From an uncultured Deinococcaceae bacterium (GTDB lineage: Bacteria > Deinococcota > Deinococci > Deinococcales > Deinococcaceae), in contig CAXULY010000022.1 of assembly GCA_964252075.1 (NCBI GenBank), positions 23,520-87,519 of the forward strand: DNA of 64,000 nucleotides, read 5' to 3'. The notes under the pieces are model-generated. The model was given only the letters and a program-made list of their open reading frames with translations, did not search any database and was not told where the DNA came from. Below are positions 60,943 to 64,000 of this stretch, piece by piece (the first letter of the stretch is position 1; each line of letters opens with the position of its first letter). The position numbers were made by a program, and so were the translations under genes.

Positions 60943-62890
60943 GGGCGGCCTCCTTTCCGGACTGCGCCTTCACGCTCTCCGGCACACTGGGGTCATTGAG
61001 GAAGCACGCGACGCGGTGGTCGGGCGCGACTTCGAGGTTGCGGGGCTTCTGGGTGTCGCACAGGCCCGGCATGCGGCTCGGGCAGCGGTCGAAGAACGGG
61101 CAGCCGGGCAGGTCGCGGTCCAGGGCGGGCGGCCGTCCCGGAATGCCCTCGCGCCGCTCGCGCGGCCCCTCGATGGGCGGGAAGGCGCTCATGAGGCGCG
61201 CCGTGTATGGGTGCCGGGGGTGCGCGTACAGCTCGTGCGCGGGCGCCTCCTCCACGATCTCGCCGGCGTACATGATGGCCACGCGGTCCGAGAGTTCCAC
61301 CAGCAGCGACAGGTCGTGCGTGATGAACACAATCGCGAGGTTCAGGCGGCGGCGCACCGCGTCGATTTCTTGCAGCAGCTGGCGCTGCACCACCACGTCG
61401 AGCGCGGTGGTCGGTTCGTCCATGATCACGAGTTTCGGCTCGAGCGCCAGCGCGATGGCGATCACCACGCGCTGCTTCATGCCGCCCGACAGCTGGTGCG
61501 GGTACGCGTTCAGGTAATCCTCGCGGATGCCCACCAGCCGGAACAGCTCCCGCGCGCGCGCCTCCAGCTTCTCCTTGTCGTGAATGCCGTGCGCTTGCAT
61601 GGCGTCGTACACCTGCTCGCGCACCTTCAGGACGGGGTTCAGGACGTTCATGGACGCCTGGAACACCACGCTGTAATCCCGCCAGCGCACGCGCCGCAGT
61701 TCCTCCGGCGAGAGCGCCAGGAGGTCCTGACCGGACAGCCGCGCCTCCCCGCCGAACACCGCGCCGGGCGGGTCGAGCAGTCGCGCTGCCGCGAACGCCA
61801 GGGTGCTCTTGCCGCAGCCGGATTCCCCCGCGAGCCCCACGAACTCACCGGGGCGCACCTGGAGGCTCACGTCGCGCACCGCGCGCACCTGCCCGCGCGG
61901 CGTCACGTAGCCCGCGTCGAGGTGACGGACGTCGAAGGTCACGTTCGGGTCGGGCGGCACCACGGCCTGCCCGGCGGTCTTGCGCAGCACCCGGGTGGCC
62001 TTGGCGGCGCGGTTCAGGCGCGGGTTCGCGAGCTGGTCAATGGCGAAGTTCAGCAGCGCGAAGCTGGTGCCGAGCAGCGCCACCGCGAAGCCGGGGGCCG
62101 CCACCCACCACCACGCGCCCTGCAGCAGCGCCTGCTTGGCCTGCGCCCAGTACAGCATGGTGCCCCACGTGACGAGCCCGACGTTCCCGATGCCCAGGAA
62201 GTCCAGGCCCACCTCGGACAGAATCGCGTAGGTCGCGGCGCCGAAGAAGTTCGCGGCGATGAGGCCCGCCATGTTCGGCAGCATCTCCGAGAAGATGATG
62301 CGGCCCGCGCCCTCGCCGCCCGCGATGGAGGCCGTCACGAAGTCACGCCCGCGCAGCGCGAGCGCCTGCGAACGGATGACGCGCGCGCCCCACGCCCATC
62401 CCGTCAGCGAGATCACCAGAATCACGGGCAGCACCCCGGACGCCCGGAAGAACGCCGTCACGATGATGAGCAGCGGCAGGCCCGGCAGCACCAGCATCAC
62501 GTTGATGAGGGTGTTGATGACCTCGTCCACCCAGCCGCCCACGTACGCCGCCGTGATGCCCAGCGCCACCCCGATGGCGGTGCTGACCAGCCCGCAGGAG
62601 AAGGCGATCACCAGGGAGAGCCGCCCAGAGTACAGCAGCTGCGACCAGATGTCCTGCCCGAGGGCGGTGGTGCCCAGCCAGTGCTCGGCGCCCGGCTTGA
62701 TCCACGTGCCGAAGTCCTGACTGGTGGGGTCGAAGCGCGTGAAGAGCGGCGCGCCGATGCTCGCGAGCAGCAGCAGCCCCAGAATCACGATGCCCGCCAG
62801 CACCTGCGGCTGGCGCATCAGGCCGCGCAGGCGGTTCGCCGCCGTGCGGCCCCAGCCGGGCCGCGCGGTCGTGCCCGCAAGGACCGTCAT
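60917..62890 (-). CDS. Fused OppC-like permease and OppD-like ATPase
   Basis: HWLGT..LGQD permease N-half; GESGCGKS and LSGGM in the C-half; one ORF. Confidence 0.9.
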
Positions 62891-63876
62891 GCGGTCCTCC
62901 CGTCGCGCACGCGCGGGTCAAGGAAGACGTACAGCGCGTCCACAATGAAGTTCGCGACCAGCACGGCCAACGCGATGAACAGGAAGATGGCCTGCATGAG
63001 GGGGTAATCGAGGCTCAGGACCGAGTTGTTCAGCTGGTACCCGAGGCCCAGGTACCCGAACACGATCTCCGTCAGGATGGAGCCGCCCACCACGAAACCC
63101 AGCGCCATGCCGAAGGCCGTGAAGCTGGGCAGCAGGGCGTTGCGCATCACGTAGCGGTTCACGATGCGGCCCTCGCTGAGGCCCTTGGCGCGCGCGAACG
63201 CCACGTAGTCCTCGCCCATGACGCCCACCACGTTGTTGCGCATCGTGACGATCCAGCCGCCCAGCGCCGTGACGAGAATCGTGAAGCCCGGCAGCACAGC
63301 GTGCGACAGCAGGCCGCTCCACCACTTCGCGGTGAAGGCCGGGCCGGGGAAGGCGTCCTGGCTGCCGGACAGCGGGAACCACCCGAGCACGAACGCAAAA
63401 ACGTACAGCAGCACCAGCCCGAAGAACTGGTACGGCATGGAGTTCAGGAACAGCGCCACCGGCGGCAGGGCGTTCGCGACGGTCCGCCCGCGCCGCCAGG
63501 CGCTGTACAGCCCGAGCGCGCTGCCAATCACGAACGCCAGGACGGTCGTCACCCCGATGAGGCCGATGGTCCACGGCGCGGACGCCCCGATGATCTCCGT
63601 CACGGGCGTCGGGAACTGCGCGATGGAACGCCCGAAGTTCCCGTGCAGCAGGTTCCCGAGGTACACCCCGTACTGGTGCAGCAGGGTGCCCTGATCGTTC
63701 AAGCCGTACGCGATGCGCAGCGCGTCAATGGCGCTGGGGTCCAGGCGCCCCTGGAATTTCGCGAGCATGGCGCCCACCGGGTCGCCCGGCACGAGGCGCG
63801 GCAGCAGGAAGTTGAGGGTGACGGCCACCCACAGCGTGAGCAGCAGCAGCAGGAATTTACGCAGCAGATAGGGCAC
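62887..63876 (-). CDS. OppB-like ABC permease
   Basis: PGDP, ARAKGL, RNALLP and DYPL.Q motifs; GAGGTG RBS before the GTG. Confidence 0.92.
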   Translation of the reverse strand: MPYLLRKFLLLLLTLWVAVTLNFLLPRLVPGDPVGAMLAKFQGRLDPSAIDALRIAYGLNDQGTLLHQYGVYLGNLLHGNFGRSIAQFPTPVTEIIGASAPWTIGLIGVTTVLAFVIGSALGLYSAWRRGRTVANALPPVALFLNSMPYQFFGLVLLYVFAFVLGWFPLSGSQDAFPGPAFTAKWWSGLLSHAVLPGFTILVTALGGWIVTMRNNVVGVMGEDYVAFARAKGLSEGRIVNRYVMRNALLPSFTAFGMALGFVVGGSILTEIVFGYLGLGYQLNNSVLSLDYPLMQAIFLFIALAVLVANFIVDALYVFLDPRVRDGRTA

Positions 63877-63947
63877 GGTGCACCTCATGAATGGACGGGC
63901 GGGGGTGGGGCACTCAGGGTGCCACCACCCCCGCCCGGTCGCCCGGC

Positions 63948-64000
63948 TTACTTGGGTTTAACGTTGAGGTAGAGGAGGCGAGCGCCGGCGGCATCATCGG
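63948..64000 (-). CDS. 3' end of a probable ABC substrate-binding protein (truncated by the window edge)
   Basis: ...DDAAGARLLYLNVKPK* upstream of the permease. Confidence 0.6.
   Translation of the reverse strand, partial: DDAAGARLLYLNVKPK

Overview
A high-GC chromosomal segment, most likely from Deinococcus. The evidence is gene content, an AbxC-type bacilliredoxin, a probable RDRM/DdrO box, and many TANNNT -10 elements about 6 nt upstream of start codons (leaderless mRNAs). It is mostly core genome: pstS, mobA, rsmD-coaD, sodA, hslO, sbcDC divergent from recD2, kynBU, a thiolase, rpsA, tRNA-Gln and tRNA-Glu, trxB, an iron-siderophore ABC operon, prfA, hom, trmFO, miaB, an acyl-ACP desaturase, feoABC, a multi-GAF two-component pair, an amidase and the 3' part of an Opp-type ABC operon. 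I saw no CRISPR array, prophage, integrase or transposase. The most interesting observations are: (i) short upstream ORFs, apparently leaderless, coupled to prfA (UGA stop plus a U_UUU_UUC slippery site), rluD and hom; (ii) a three-gene PATAN/DUF4388-like, wHTH and output-less HAMP membrane module; (iii) a similar palindrome-like motif over the promoters of both iron-uptake operons; (iv) two unannotated pseudogenes (an HExxH protein and an HxlR regulator); (v) a SodC-like lipoprotein lacking the Zn site. All family assignments come from motif recognition by eye, not database searches.
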